Assembly: GCA_017694955.1 (NCBI GenBank)
Contig: JADIMC010000019.1
Span: 16,242 to 80,241 of the forward strand
DNA from: Candidatus Limisoma faecipullorum
GTDB lineage: Bacteria; Bacteroidota; Bacteroidia; Bacteroidales; Muribaculaceae
Direction: 5' to 3'
Length of the DNA stretch: 64,000 bases
The notes below the pieces were generated by a model that ran no database searches, had not been told where the DNA came from, and saw only the letters and a program-made list of their open reading frames with translations. The translations under genes and the position numbers were made by a program. Positions 9,641 through 18,909 of the stretch are shown here, in pieces. Every line of letters starts with the position of its first letter. The stretch's first letter is position 1.

Positions 9641-10327
9641 ATGAAAGGATTTGTCATAAGATATAAAACACGATTGAAAGTAGTGGTTTTGACAATACTG
9701 ATTGCCTCAACGGCAACTGCCGCGGCACAGGACTACAGATATGAAGCAGGCGTCGGACTTGGTATCAGCGGATACCTTGGCGATGTCAACCAAAGCAATG
9801 TACTGAAAAATCCGGGATTTTCCGGAGAAGCGTTTTTCCGCTATCTCATCAACAAGCGGTTTGCCGTGAAAGCGGGCATATCGACTGCCGGAATAAGCGG
9901 AAATTCTGCCGATTTCGACAACAAATTCCCCAATGGGGAACAATATTCGTTTTCGGCAAGATACTATGACGCGGCTGTGGCGTTCGAGTTCAACTTCCTT
10001 AATTTCGGAATGAACGACGACTACCGCAAACTGAAAAGAATAACACCCTACCTTTCATTTGGAATTGGTGGTGCATATTCCAGCTGCAAAGCCTTCGCGC
10101 TCAACATACCGATAGGCTTCGGCGCGAAATACAAAATCAGCCGCAGATGGAATCTTGGGCTTGAAATGCGCGCAAGAATGATGCTCGGCGACAAAATAGA
10201 CGGATTGTCGGACCTGCGCAATATGAAAAGCTCCTTTATGAAGAATACCGACTGGTGTCCAACCTTGATGCTGAGCGTGTCATACGAATTCGGCGAAATT
10301 TGCAAGATTTGCCACTATGTCGATTGA
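9641..10327 (+). CDS. Outer-membrane beta-barrel protein (DUF6089-like)
   Basis: Signal peptide, alternating beta-strand pattern, aromatic C-terminal strand. The position upstream of uppS-bamA is typical for Bacteroidetes. Confidence 0.65.
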   Translation: MKGFVIRYKTRLKVVVLTILIASTATAAAQDYRYEAGVGLGISGYLGDVNQSNVLKNPGFSGEAFFRYLINKRFAVKAGISTAGISGNSADFDNKFPNGEQYSFSARYYDAAVAFEFNFLNFGMNDDYRKLKRITPYLSFGIGGAYSSCKAFALNIPIGFGAKYKISRRWNLGLEMRARMMLGDKIDGLSDLRNMKSSFMKNTDWCPTLMLSVSYEFGEICKICHYVD

Positions 10328-10349
10328 TTAAATTGAGAATTTTGGCTAT

Positions 10350-11105
10350 ATGTCATTAGAAGATAAAATAACGCAAATAAGCGGCAAAAAGCTTCCTGCC
10401 CACGTGGCAATAATCATGGACGGGAACGGACGTTGGGCACGGCAACGTGGCCTCGACCGTTCTATGGGCCATATGGAAGGGGTGAAATCCGTAAGGAGGG
10501 TGACCGAGATAGCATCCGACCTCGGAATGAAATACCTTACGCTCTACACATTCTCTACCGAGAACTGGAACCGCCCGGAAGAAGAAGTTGACGCATTGAT
10601 GCACCTCATCGCCATAGCCATCGAGAATGAGACACCCGACCTTATAAAAAACAATGTAAGGTTGCGGTTAATCGGAGATATGGAAAGAGTGCCTGACTTT
10701 GCCCTTCAGAAGCTCAACAACTGTGTAAAGGCCACATCCGGCTGCACCGGTTTGTCACTTGTTCTTGCCATAAGCTATTCTTCACGATGGGAAATAGTAG
10801 AAGCCACAAAAAAGATTGCAAAAGATGTGGCGGACGGGAAAATGCCAATTGAAAAGATTGACGAAAAGTCGTTTGCCGACAAGCTTTCTACCACAGGCAT
10901 TCCCGACCCGGACTTGCTTGTCCGAACAGGAGGCGAATTCCGAATAAGCAATTATCTCTTATGGCAGATAGCATATTCCGAGCTTTATTTCTCAGAAAAA
11001 TTCTGGCCTGACTTCTCAAAAGAAGATTTTTGCGATGCGATAATACAATTCCAGTCAAGAGAACGGCGGTTCGGAAAAACAAGCGAACAAATAAAACATA
11101 ATTAA
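10350..11105 (+). CDS. uppS: Isoprenyl transferase (undecaprenyl diphosphate synthase)
   Basis: HVAIIMDGNGRWA, FSTENWNRP, RTGGEFRISNYLLWQIAYSELYF. Confidence 0.95.
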   Translation: MSLEDKITQISGKKLPAHVAIIMDGNGRWARQRGLDRSMGHMEGVKSVRRVTEIASDLGMKYLTLYTFSTENWNRPEEEVDALMHLIAIAIENETPDLIKNNVRLRLIGDMERVPDFALQKLNNCVKATSGCTGLSLVLAISYSSRWEIVEATKKIAKDVADGKMPIEKIDEKSFADKLSTTGIPDPDLLVRTGGEFRISNYLLWQIAYSELYFSEKFWPDFSKEDFCDAIIQFQSRERRFGKTSEQIKHN

Positions 11106-11136
11106 CCGACATATATATTTTTCATCACGATAAGAA

Positions 11137-13782
11137 ATGAGATACAGACTTCTACTCATACTGATTTCAATCTCCATAATGCTTGGAACAGACATAAAAG
11201 CTGCCGAGCAGAATGATACAATCTATAACCCTACGGTGGTATTCACCGGTATGCCGAAAAAATATGAGATTGCAGGAATCCGGGTAACCGGATTACAAAA
11301 CTACGAGGACTATATAGTCATCGGATATTCCGGACTTGCCGTCGGTGACATCATTGAGATACCAGGCGATGAAATAACCAACGCTGCAAAACGATTCTGG
11401 AGGCAAGGACTGTTCTCCAAGATTCAAATACGTGTTGAAAAAATATGCGGCGACAAGGCGTGGCTGCTGTTCGACTTGCGTCAACAGCCACGAATATCAC
11501 AAATCAATTACCACGGAGTGAAAAAAAGCGAGCGCGAAGACATCGAAGAACGTCTGAACCTGATGATTGGCAACCAGATTACCCAAAACATCGTCAACCG
11601 TGCCGAGGAAATCATTTCCGCATATTTCAAGCAGAAAGGATTCAACAACGTGGAAGTGGATGTCAGACAGACTCCCGACCTTAGCCACGAAAACGAAATG
11701 ATTGTGGACATAATAATCGACAAAAACGAAAAAATCAAGGTCCACAAGATACATATCACTGGCAACCATGTACTTTCCGACAAGAAGTTGCAACGCGTGA
11801 TGAAAAAGACAAACGAGAAAAAGAAGCTCGTCAATTTGTTCCGTCAGAAAAAATTCGTTGACAAAGATTTCGAAAATGACCTTGACCTGATCATAAAGAA
11901 ATACAACGAATTAGGCTATCGCGACGCAAAAATCCTGAAAGACAGCGTAGTGCGTTATAACGAGAAATATGTGGACGTATTCATCGAGGTGGAAGAAGGC
12001 AAACAATACTTCATATCCGACATCACATGGGCAGGCAACACAATATACCCGTCGTCGATGCTCGATAATATCCTCGGAATGAAGAAAGGCGATGTCTATA
12101 ACCAAACGCTTCTCAACAAGCGCACACTGGAAGACGATGATGCCGTAGCCAACCTGTATATGAACAAAGGCTATCTGTTCTTCCAGCTCATCCCCATCGA
12201 ATCGAAAATCGAAGGCGACTCCATCGCTTTGGAGATGAGAATCATGGAAGGTCCGCAAGCAAGAATCAACAGCATCGTAATCAACGGTAACGACCGGCTA
12301 TACGAAAAGGTTATACGTCGTGAATTGCGCGTGCGTCCGGGTGACCTGTTCTCAAAAGATGCATTGCAACGGTCGGCACGTGAAATTGCGCAAACCGGAC
12401 ACTTCGACCCTGAGTCGATGGACATACGTCCTGAGCCAAACACGGAGAACGGTACTGTTGACCTTATCTTCAACCTGACATCGAAGAACAGCGACCAGGT
12501 AGAGCTCTCCGCCGGATGGGGACAAACTGGTATCATTGGAAAAGTGGCATTGAAATTCACCAACTTCTCCATCAAGAACCTGTTCAATCCGAAATCGTAT
12601 AAAGGAATCATTCCACAAGGTGAAGGACAGACATTCACCATCAGCGCACAGACAAACGCAAAATACTATCAGGCATACAGTCTGTCGTTCCTCGACCCAT
12701 GGTTCGGCGGCAAGCGCCCTAATTCGTTGTCAGTATCGGCATACTACTCACGCCAGACAGGTGTCAACTCCAACTTCTACAACGACAACTACTACAGCGG
12801 TATGCTCTACAACAACCTTGGCAGTTATTGGGGCAGCGGATACTATCCTGGATATTATCCGAGCTACTACGACGACTATTACCAGAACAGCATAGAAAAC
12901 GCCTACGACCGCAACAAATACCTGCAGATGGCAGGCATCGCGGTCGGTTTCGGGAAACGTCTGAACTGGCCTGACAACTACTTCACGTTCCAGGCACAGC
13001 TGTCCTACAACTGGTATCACCTTAAGAACTGGGAATATCTCTATTATATGAATAATGGTACGTCGAATGCATTCGTGCTCGGACTGTCGTTTGCACGCAA
13101 CAGTATCGACAACCCGATATACACCCGCAGCGGTAGCCAATTCTCCATAGACCTGAGCCTCACCCCGCCGGTATCGCTATTCTCCAACAAGGACTGGAAA
13201 GCATTGTCGGAAGCCGGCACACAGGAAGCAAAGGAAGAAATGTATAGGTGGATTGAGTATTGGAAACTTAAATTCAAGGCACGCACCTACACTCCTCTCA
13301 CCGATCCGGAAGGCAAATGGACACTCGTGCTTATGACCCGTGCCGACATCGGTTTGCTCGGCAGTTACAACAAGTACCTGAAATCGCCTTTTGAGACATT
13401 CTATGTCGGTGGCGACGGTATGTCGGGAAGCTACGGATATGCACAGGAAACGATAGCTTTGCGCGGTTACGACAATGGAGCGTTCACACCTTGGACAAAA
13501 GACGGTTATGCATACACTCGCTTCTGTATGGAGCTGCATTTCCCGTTCATGCTGCAACCGACAACCACAATCTATGGTTTGGCATTCCTCGAAGGTGGTA
13601 ACGCCTGGACTGATATGAAGGATTTCTCACCGTTCAACCTCAAGCGTTCAGCCGGTGCCGGAGTGCGCATCTACCTGCCTATGGTCGGCATGATGGGTAT
13701 CGACTGGGCATACGGTTTCGACGAAGTGTTCGGGCAGAAAGGAGGAAGCCACTTCCACTTCATCCTCGGTCAAGAATTCTAA
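11137..13782 (+). CDS. bamA: Outer membrane protein assembly factor BamA
   Basis: 881 aa with POTRA repeats followed by an Omp85 barrel ending ...HFHFILGQEF. Conserved uppS-bamA-skp synteny. Confidence 0.95.
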   Translation: MRYRLLLILISISIMLGTDIKAAEQNDTIYNPTVVFTGMPKKYEIAGIRVTGLQNYEDYIVIGYSGLAVGDIIEIPGDEITNAAKRFWRQGLFSKIQIRVEKICGDKAWLLFDLRQQPRISQINYHGVKKSEREDIEERLNLMIGNQITQNIVNRAEEIISAYFKQKGFNNVEVDVRQTPDLSHENEMIVDIIIDKNEKIKVHKIHITGNHVLSDKKLQRVMKKTNEKKKLVNLFRQKKFVDKDFENDLDLIIKKYNELGYRDAKILKDSVVRYNEKYVDVFIEVEEGKQYFISDITWAGNTIYPSSMLDNILGMKKGDVYNQTLLNKRTLEDDDAVANLYMNKGYLFFQLIPIESKIEGDSIALEMRIMEGPQARINSIVINGNDRLYEKVIRRELRVRPGDLFSKDALQRSAREIAQTGHFDPESMDIRPEPNTENGTVDLIFNLTSKNSDQVELSAGWGQTGIIGKVALKFTNFSIKNLFNPKSYKGIIPQGEGQTFTISAQTNAKYYQAYSLSFLDPWFGGKRPNSLSVSAYYSRQTGVNSNFYNDNYYSGMLYNNLGSYWGSGYYPGYYPSYYDDYYQNSIENAYDRNKYLQMAGIAVGFGKRLNWPDNYFTFQAQLSYNWYHLKNWEYLYYMNNGTSNAFVLGLSFARNSIDNPIYTRSGSQFSIDLSLTPPVSLFSNKDWKALSEAGTQEAKEEMYRWIEYWKLKFKARTYTPLTDPEGKWTLVLMTRADIGLLGSYNKYLKSPFETFYVGGDGMSGSYGYAQETIALRGYDNGAFTPWTKDGYAYTRFCMELHFPFMLQPTTTIYGLAFLEGGNAWTDMKDFSPFNLKRSAGAGVRIYLPMVGMMGIDWAYGFDEVFGQKGGSHFHFILGQEF

Positions 13783-13863
13783 AAAAGCGATAATTAAACT
13801 TTAACAGAATAAACCATCCGGATAAACAGATGTCATATTATCCAAACGAAAAGATTTAGAATT

Positions 13864-14382
13864 ATGAAGAAAATCATCATCACGGCAATATTTGCCACAA
13901 TATTCTCAATCGGGGCATACGCACAAAAATATGCCTTGGTCGATATGGAATACATACTGAAAAACATCCCGCAATACGAGATGGCAAACGAGCAGCTCAA
14001 CCAAGTGTCGCTCCGCTGGCAGAAAGAAGTGGAGACAAAAACAAAGGAAGCCGAGACTCTATATAAAAACTACCAGAGCGATATGGTATTCCTGACCGAC
14101 GAGCAAAAAACAAAAAAAGAAGAGGAAATAGTTGCCAAAGAAAAAGAGGCGGCAGAGCTGCAGGCAAAATATTTCGGACCTCAAGGCGAACTTTACAAGA
14201 AACGCCAATCACTGATGGAACCGATACAAAACGACATTTATGAAGCAGTCAAGAAAGTGTCGGAAGAAAGAGGTTATCAGGTGATTTTCGACCGCGCATC
14301 CTCCGCTGGCATCGTGTTTGCATCCCCAAGAATCGACATAAGCAACGAAGTCCTCTCCAAATTAGGATATTCAAAGGATTAA
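13864..14382 (+). CDS. OmpH/Skp family periplasmic chaperone
   Basis: Signal peptide, coiled-coil charged core, position after bamA. Confidence 0.85.
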   Translation: MKKIIITAIFATIFSIGAYAQKYALVDMEYILKNIPQYEMANEQLNQVSLRWQKEVETKTKEAETLYKNYQSDMVFLTDEQKTKKEEEIVAKEKEAAELQAKYFGPQGELYKKRQSLMEPIQNDIYEAVKKVSEERGYQVIFDRASSAGIVFASPRIDISNEVLSKLGYSKD

Positions 14383-14433
14383 TATTATCTTTGCGACCAA
14401 ACAGAAAATACAAATAAAAAACTATAAACAAAG

Positions 14434-14982
14434 ATGTTAAAAAAATTATTATTAGCAGCCGCATTGGTTGTGCCGATGTGTGTGTCTGCCCAATCTAAAT
14501 TCGGCTACGTAAGCTCTCTCGAGATCTTCAACCTTATGCCGGAGAAAACTACGGCAGAGGCCTCTTTGCAGGAAGTAGCAAAGAAATACGACGACGAATA
14601 CAAGGCCTTGCAGGACGAATTCAACAAAAAATACGGTGAATACCAGGCACTCGCGCAGGACACCCCTGAATCAATCAAGCAACGCCGCGAGCAAGAGCTT
14701 CAAGAACTCACCACAAAAATCCAGAACTTCCAGCAAGTGGCAGGTCAGGATTTGCAACGCCAGCAGCAAGTGCTGATGGCGCCGATACAGGAAAAGATAC
14801 AGACAGCCATACAGTCTGTCGGAGCTGAGAATGGTTTCACATTCATTTTCGACAGCGCATCATTCCTCTATCGCGGAGCTGACGCAATCGACGTGACACC
14901 GATGGTGAAAACCAAGCTCAACCTGAAGGATACTCCGGCTGCAGCCACAACAAACACAGAAGCAGCGACAACAGCTAAATAA
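14434..14982 (+). CDS. OmpH/Skp family periplasmic chaperone (second copy)
   Basis: Same architecture as 13864-14382. Confidence 0.85.
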   Translation: MLKKLLLAAALVVPMCVSAQSKFGYVSSLEIFNLMPEKTTAEASLQEVAKKYDDEYKALQDEFNKKYGEYQALAQDTPESIKQRREQELQELTTKIQNFQQVAGQDLQRQQQVLMAPIQEKIQTAIQSVGAENGFTFIFDSASFLYRGADAIDVTPMVKTKLNLKDTPAAATTNTEAATTAK

Positions 14983-15002
14983 AATTGACTATCCCATAAT
15001 GA

Positions 15003-15037
15003 ATGAAGGCGGAGAACTTTTAGTTCTCCGCCTTCAT
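15003..15037. terminator. Bidirectional hairpin terminator between convergent genes
   Basis: 15-bp perfect stem atgaaggcggagaac / gttctccgccttcat with loop tttta. Confidence 0.75.
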
Positions 15038-15093
15038 ATTACTATTGCAGAAATTATAGCCAGCCCCAGCGACTTTCCCCGGTTGACACCAAT

Positions 15094-15684
15094 TCACCGC
15101 CGCCACCAATTGGCCACCAATATGGCGACAAGCACGAAAAATCCAGCCGACGACACCAAAAAGGAAAAGGGAATAGCATTATAATTACATGAGAAAATGT
15201 CCGGCAACATAATGTTGTAAGCATACATACAGGAAATCAACCACAATGAACTCGTGAAAACGACAGAGGCTGTAATCGCAACTTTAATTTCCAAATTTGC
15301 ATAAGATGCCCAGATGAACAGCATCATACCAGCAAAATAGAAAAACTGCCATAACAGAGAAACTGAAAAAGAGCTATCCATAGAAATGAGTATCAAAGCA
15401 ACAGAAGCGACTCTCTGAATCAGCAATATGGCCAATCCGGATTTCGACCACGCATTAAGCGGGACATTTGGAGAAAGCAGCATCCACAGATAGACCGACA
15501 AGAATGCGCATGCCCAGAAAAGCATACTGACAGTAATTGCCGCTTTTCCCATAACGGAAAACACCATTGGCAAAAGAAAGTCCGTCAGATTGGCAATGAA
15601 GCCGAGAAGAAAAAGTAAAACCAACCCCGCTCCCAACACTTTTTTATTCAAAGGAGTGATAGTCCTCGCCGCATAATCCTGCAT
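15094..15684 (-). CDS. Hypothetical multi-pass membrane protein
   Basis: About 6 hydrophobic helices. ATG 15684 (MQDYAART...) was chosen because the ORF-track start 15711 abuts the -7 box. Confidence 0.6.
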   Translation of the reverse strand: MQDYAARTITPLNKKVLGAGLVLLFLLGFIANLTDFLLPMVFSVMGKAAITVSMLFWACAFLSVYLWMLLSPNVPLNAWSKSGLAILLIQRVASVALILISMDSSFSVSLLWQFFYFAGMMLFIWASYANLEIKVAITASVVFTSSLWLISCMYAYNIMLPDIFSCNYNAIPFSFLVSSAGFFVLVAILVANWWRR

Positions 15685-15712
15685 AACAATCAGATTTAAT
15701 GATTCAACCACA

Positions 15713-15720
15713 CAAAATTA
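15713..15720 (-). promoter_or_regulatory. -7 promoter box TAATTTTG
   Basis: The reverse complement of caaaatta is 28 nt upstream of ATG 15684. Confidence 0.5.
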
Positions 15721-15798
15721 GCAAATAAAAAACAACTATCCATACCCCACATCAGAATTCAGACATCAGTATCTGACAAAAATTGATACCCGATACCG

Positions 15799-17694
15799 TC
15801 AAAACTCAAGATGGACTCCGCCTTCAAACGTGGCTTTAGGCATCGGATAACCGGCGTTAATCTCATAACGCTGCGCAAGCAGATTCTCGCCCCTCGCCCA
15901 TACCGACAGCCATTCCGTGGCACGAAAAGAGCCACGCACATTCCAAAGCACGAAATCCTCGGTCTGGGGTTTGTCGCCGACCGCAGTATAAAGTCCTGCT
16001 ATATACTGAATCCCGGAAGAAACATTCCAACGCCCTTTCGTGAAATTCGCCCCTGCATACAATTTATGCTCCGGAGCGGCAATAACAGGGCTTTTCATAT
16101 GCAAATAGCTGTAATTGGCATCGACCGACCAACATCTGTTAATCCGATATGCAGCCTGCAGCTCCACCCCGGCATTGTCAATTGCACCGGAATTCTGATT
16201 CAGCATACCACCATTGGGATTTGGCAAAGTCATAATAAGATTCTTCCCGTCAATATAAAACAGATTCAGCCCATACTGTAACCTGCCACCAAACAACCGC
16301 TGAGAAAATGCTATCTCATAATTCCACATACTCTCAGGTTTCAAATCAGGATTTTGCGGCGGAAACATATACATCTCCCGCAATATAGGATAGCGGAATC
16401 CTTTCGTTGCCGATGCCTTCAATTCCATATCCTTCGGCAAATGAAATGCCACACCAGCTTGAGGAATCCATTCTGTCCCGACACGCGAATGATGATCGAC
16501 ACGCAAACCGGCATTCAGCGTCAACCACCGGCTTATGTCCTGCCTGAAATCGACATAACCGGCTACTTCATTCTCATACTTGTCAACCAAATCAGAGCGA
16601 GTCCCGGCATTCTCCCCCTTTACATATTCCGTCCACGCCTCTCCACCATAACGGAACCAGTCAAAACCGAAAGTGATTCGGTTGCCTTTAAAAAATTGAG
16701 CGCTCTGGTAAAGCGACATGCCCATCATATTGTCAAAAGAATTAAACCGCCCGTCCTTAGGCGACTCTCCGGCACTTGGAGTATAACCGTCATTAATCCA
16801 ATGCTTTCCCCAATTGTAGAAAACACTCAACGCACCAGAAGTACGCTCATATTTGTTTTCCAATGCAAACGAAGCCACCCCGCGAGTGATTCGCTGGTCG
16901 CCTTCCAGCAACGGAGCTGAAACCGGACCGGGGTAAGTGGCATTAAAATGAGTCACATTCACATCGGCATATGTACCCCAATTATCAGCCAACTCATATC
17001 CAAGCTTTGCATAACCGCCATATTGCTCGAACTGCATATTGCCGCGGTGCCCGTCCGTACGGTTATAAGAGCCACTTACAACAGATGAAAAGCGGCCTTT
17101 ACGGATTCGGTTGGTCAATTCGGTCTCCAATGTATTATACGAGCCATACCCGGCGTGCAAATCCGTTTTCACACCATCTTCGTGCATTTTCCGGGTAACG
17201 ATGTTGACAACTCCGCCCATGGCATTCGAGCCGTAAAGCACGGAAGCCGGGCCGCGAAGCACCTCCACCCTGTCGGCCAGCAACGACTGGTAAGAGTCGG
17301 AAATCGGATGCCCGAAAATACCAGCGTATTGAGGATGCCCGTCGATAAGGACCATCAAACGCCCGCTTCCCCCACTCAATCCCCGCAAAGAAATTCCCCC
17401 GGCTGCTCCGTCCGACACTCCATAGCCCATCACACCTCGCGAAGTGACAAACAACCCCGGCACCTGCTCTGTGAGCACCGGCAAAAGCGACGGCTGAAGG
17501 CTTTGTTCAATTACAGAACGGTCAATCACCGAAACCGTCTGCGAAAGATGGCGCACATCGGTTTCATCCCGTGTTCCTGTAACCACGAGCTCACCCAAAG
17601 AACGGTTGACAGAAAGAGAATCCGCCTCCTCCGCCCGCATCGAAACAGCAGAAGGCAATATCACACAGCAAACAATAAATAATCTTCGTATCAT
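15799..17694 (-). CDS. TonB-dependent receptor
   Basis: Plug-domain motifs (LGELVVTGTR TonB box region, IEVLRGPASVLYGSNAMGGVVNIVT) and a barrel ending ...EGGVHLEF. ATG 17694 (MIRRLF...). Confidence 0.9.
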   Translation of the reverse strand: MIRRLFIVCCVILPSAVSMRAEEADSLSVNRSLGELVVTGTRDETDVRHLSQTVSVIDRSVIEQSLQPSLLPVLTEQVPGLFVTSRGVMGYGVSDGAAGGISLRGLSGGSGRLMVLIDGHPQYAGIFGHPISDSYQSLLADRVEVLRGPASVLYGSNAMGGVVNIVTRKMHEDGVKTDLHAGYGSYNTLETELTNRIRKGRFSSVVSGSYNRTDGHRGNMQFEQYGGYAKLGYELADNWGTYADVNVTHFNATYPGPVSAPLLEGDQRITRGVASFALENKYERTSGALSVFYNWGKHWINDGYTPSAGESPKDGRFNSFDNMMGMSLYQSAQFFKGNRITFGFDWFRYGGEAWTEYVKGENAGTRSDLVDKYENEVAGYVDFRQDISRWLTLNAGLRVDHHSRVGTEWIPQAGVAFHLPKDMELKASATKGFRYPILREMYMFPPQNPDLKPESMWNYEIAFSQRLFGGRLQYGLNLFYIDGKNLIMTLPNPNGGMLNQNSGAIDNAGVELQAAYRINRCWSVDANYSYLHMKSPVIAAPEHKLYAGANFTKGRWNVSSGIQYIAGLYTAVGDKPQTEDFVLWNVRGSFRATEWLSVWARGENLLAQRYEINAGYPMPKATFEGGVHLEF

Positions 17695-17715
17695 AAATCT
17701 GCAATTTTCACATTG

Positions 17716-17723
17716 CAAAATTA
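17716..17723 (-). promoter_or_regulatory. -7 promoter box TAATTTTG
   Basis: 21 nt upstream of ATG 17694. The ORF-track start 17718 lies inside the box. Confidence 0.55.
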
Positions 17724-17788
17724 ATACGTCAACCGATTTAACACACTACCTGTTTAACCGTATTACTAACCTTTTTTACAGAAGCCGT

Positions 17789-18004
17789 TCACTTTCCCTC
17801 GAAATCCTCATAAAGCGCAACCGGGCCATAGTGCCAATATTTCGTTTCTTCTTTCTCCAATTTCTTATAAGTGTCCGAATGATAATATGCCCGTAAAGCA
17901 TCCAACACCGAACCGCCTCTTTTATTTATATAAATACGCACGAACGAACTTGCCTTTCCGGGCAAAAGCAAATACAAGTTTTCCGATGTAATCTTCCTAT
18001 CCAT
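17789..18004 (-). CDS. DUF3791-like small protein
   Basis: 71 aa. ...YYHSDTYKKLEKEETKYWHYGPVALYEDF matches the pattern I recall for DUF3791. Confidence 0.65.
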   Translation of the reverse strand: MDRKITSENLYLLLPGKASSFVRIYINKRGGSVLDALRAYYHSDTYKKLEKEETKYWHYGPVALYEDFEGK

Positions 18005-18014
18005 TTATCATCTC

Positions 18015-18497
18015 TCACTTAATAATTCTCGCATCAACAAACGACAAACATTCCAACGAGCGTTCTGTATGAAACAACATCTGATCCACCAATTTATAGA
18101 CTTTCAACTCCTTCAAAAGTCCATCTTTATCCAATAACCCGCTCTCATATAATGCAAAAGCAGCATAAACACGGTCATTTGCCACCGGACCATATATCAA
18201 ATCATAGTCGTGATTGAAATCAGGATTCATACGATTACTCATCACGAAATCCAACCAAGCCTCTGATGGTGAATCAAACCGCAGCGTCATCATTTCCCCT
18301 GCCTTTTCTTCATCTAAAGCATAAACATTGACATAGCCAGCATTCAATTTCATAAGTTGCATCCGCCTCCGAGCCAACTGTTCCGCCTGATGAAAAGATG
18401 TGGTTGTATAAAAACCAGAACCATAATCCAATGTTCTTTCCGGTTGGATTATTCGCGGATTGCACACCACCTCTACACTACCATGATACAGCTCCAT
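18015..18497 (-). CDS. DUF3990-like protein (possible ADP-ribosyltransferase-like fold)
   Basis: 160 aa starting [11 protein letters not shown]..., with [10 protein letters not shown]. Its start codon shares one nucleotide with the upstream stop (TGATG at 18495-18499). Confidence 0.7.
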   Translation of the reverse strand: MELYHGSVEVVCNPRIIQPERTLDYGSGFYTTTSFHQAEQLARRRMQLMKLNAGYVNVYALDEEKAGEMMTLRFDSPSEAWLDFVMSNRMNPDFNHDYDLIYGPVANDRVYAAFALYESGLLDKDGLLKELKVYKLVDQMLFHTERSLECLSFVDARIIK

Positions 18498-18715
18498 CAG
18501 TCATTCCTCCTATTTTCTATATATTCATCTATATCAGCCAATATCCATTCCGGACTTTGAGTATGCAACACCTCAAAATTATCAATTAAATATTCAGATA
18601 CTCCATATTTATCAAACAAATCCATAACAGCATCACCCGGCATGCCAACATACGTTTTGTAATTTTCTATACAAAACGACAAAAAATATGCAATATCCAA
18701 TTCATGCTTTGTCAT
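18497..18715 (-). CDS. DUF3791-like small protein
   Basis: [20 protein letters not shown]...[21 protein letters not shown] 18715 lies 18 nt downstream of the -7 box. Confidence 0.65.
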   Translation of the reverse strand: MTKHELDIAYFLSFCIENYKTYVGMPGDAVMDLFDKYGVSEYLIDNFEVLHTQSPEWILADIDEYIENRRND

Positions 18716-18732
18716 AAATACCAAGCCTTTTT

Positions 18733-18834
18733 GCAAATATAGCGAAAGTCGAGAGCAGAGACAAACGAAAACGGAGTTTTCAGGTTTGGCTATGCCGAGA
18801 CGCAGCCTATATTATCCAAATATACGCAAAATCC
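18733..18834 (-). repeat. Hairpin-plus-promoter repeat module (family member E1)
   Basis: gcaaatatagcgaaagtcgagagca... is shared with 55381 (gcaaatatacgcaaagtcgagagca) and 47254. A second degenerate head ccaaatatacgcaaaatcc is at 18816. Internal hairpin gaaaac-gga-gttttc. Confidence 0.6.
18734..18741 (-). promoter_or_regulatory. -7 promoter box TATATTTG (with TTTG 20 nt further upstream)
   Basis: The reverse complement of caaatata. The minus strand reads cgTTTGtctctgctctcgactttcgcTATATTTG. Confidence 0.6.
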
Positions 18835-18848
18835 ACCGGAAACTCAAA

Positions 18849-18884
18849 AAACAGGCGAACAGCGTTTAAGCTCCCCGCCTGTTT
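18849..18884 (-). terminator. Rho-independent terminator of the WG-repeat gene
   Basis: aaacaggcg pairs with cgcctgttt. On the minus strand it is followed by TTTTTTGAG. Confidence 0.65.
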
Positions 18885-18909
18885 CATTACCCAATTTTCT
18901 GTATGCTAA

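Noticed and set aside
12739-12900. Tyr/Asn/Gly-rich low-complexity stretch in BamA (…NFYNDNYYSGMLYNNLGSYWGSGYYPGYYPSYYDDYYQN…).
   Set aside because: It is in frame within the barrel region and is most simply a long extracellular loop. It is not a separate element or DNA-level tandem repeat of note.
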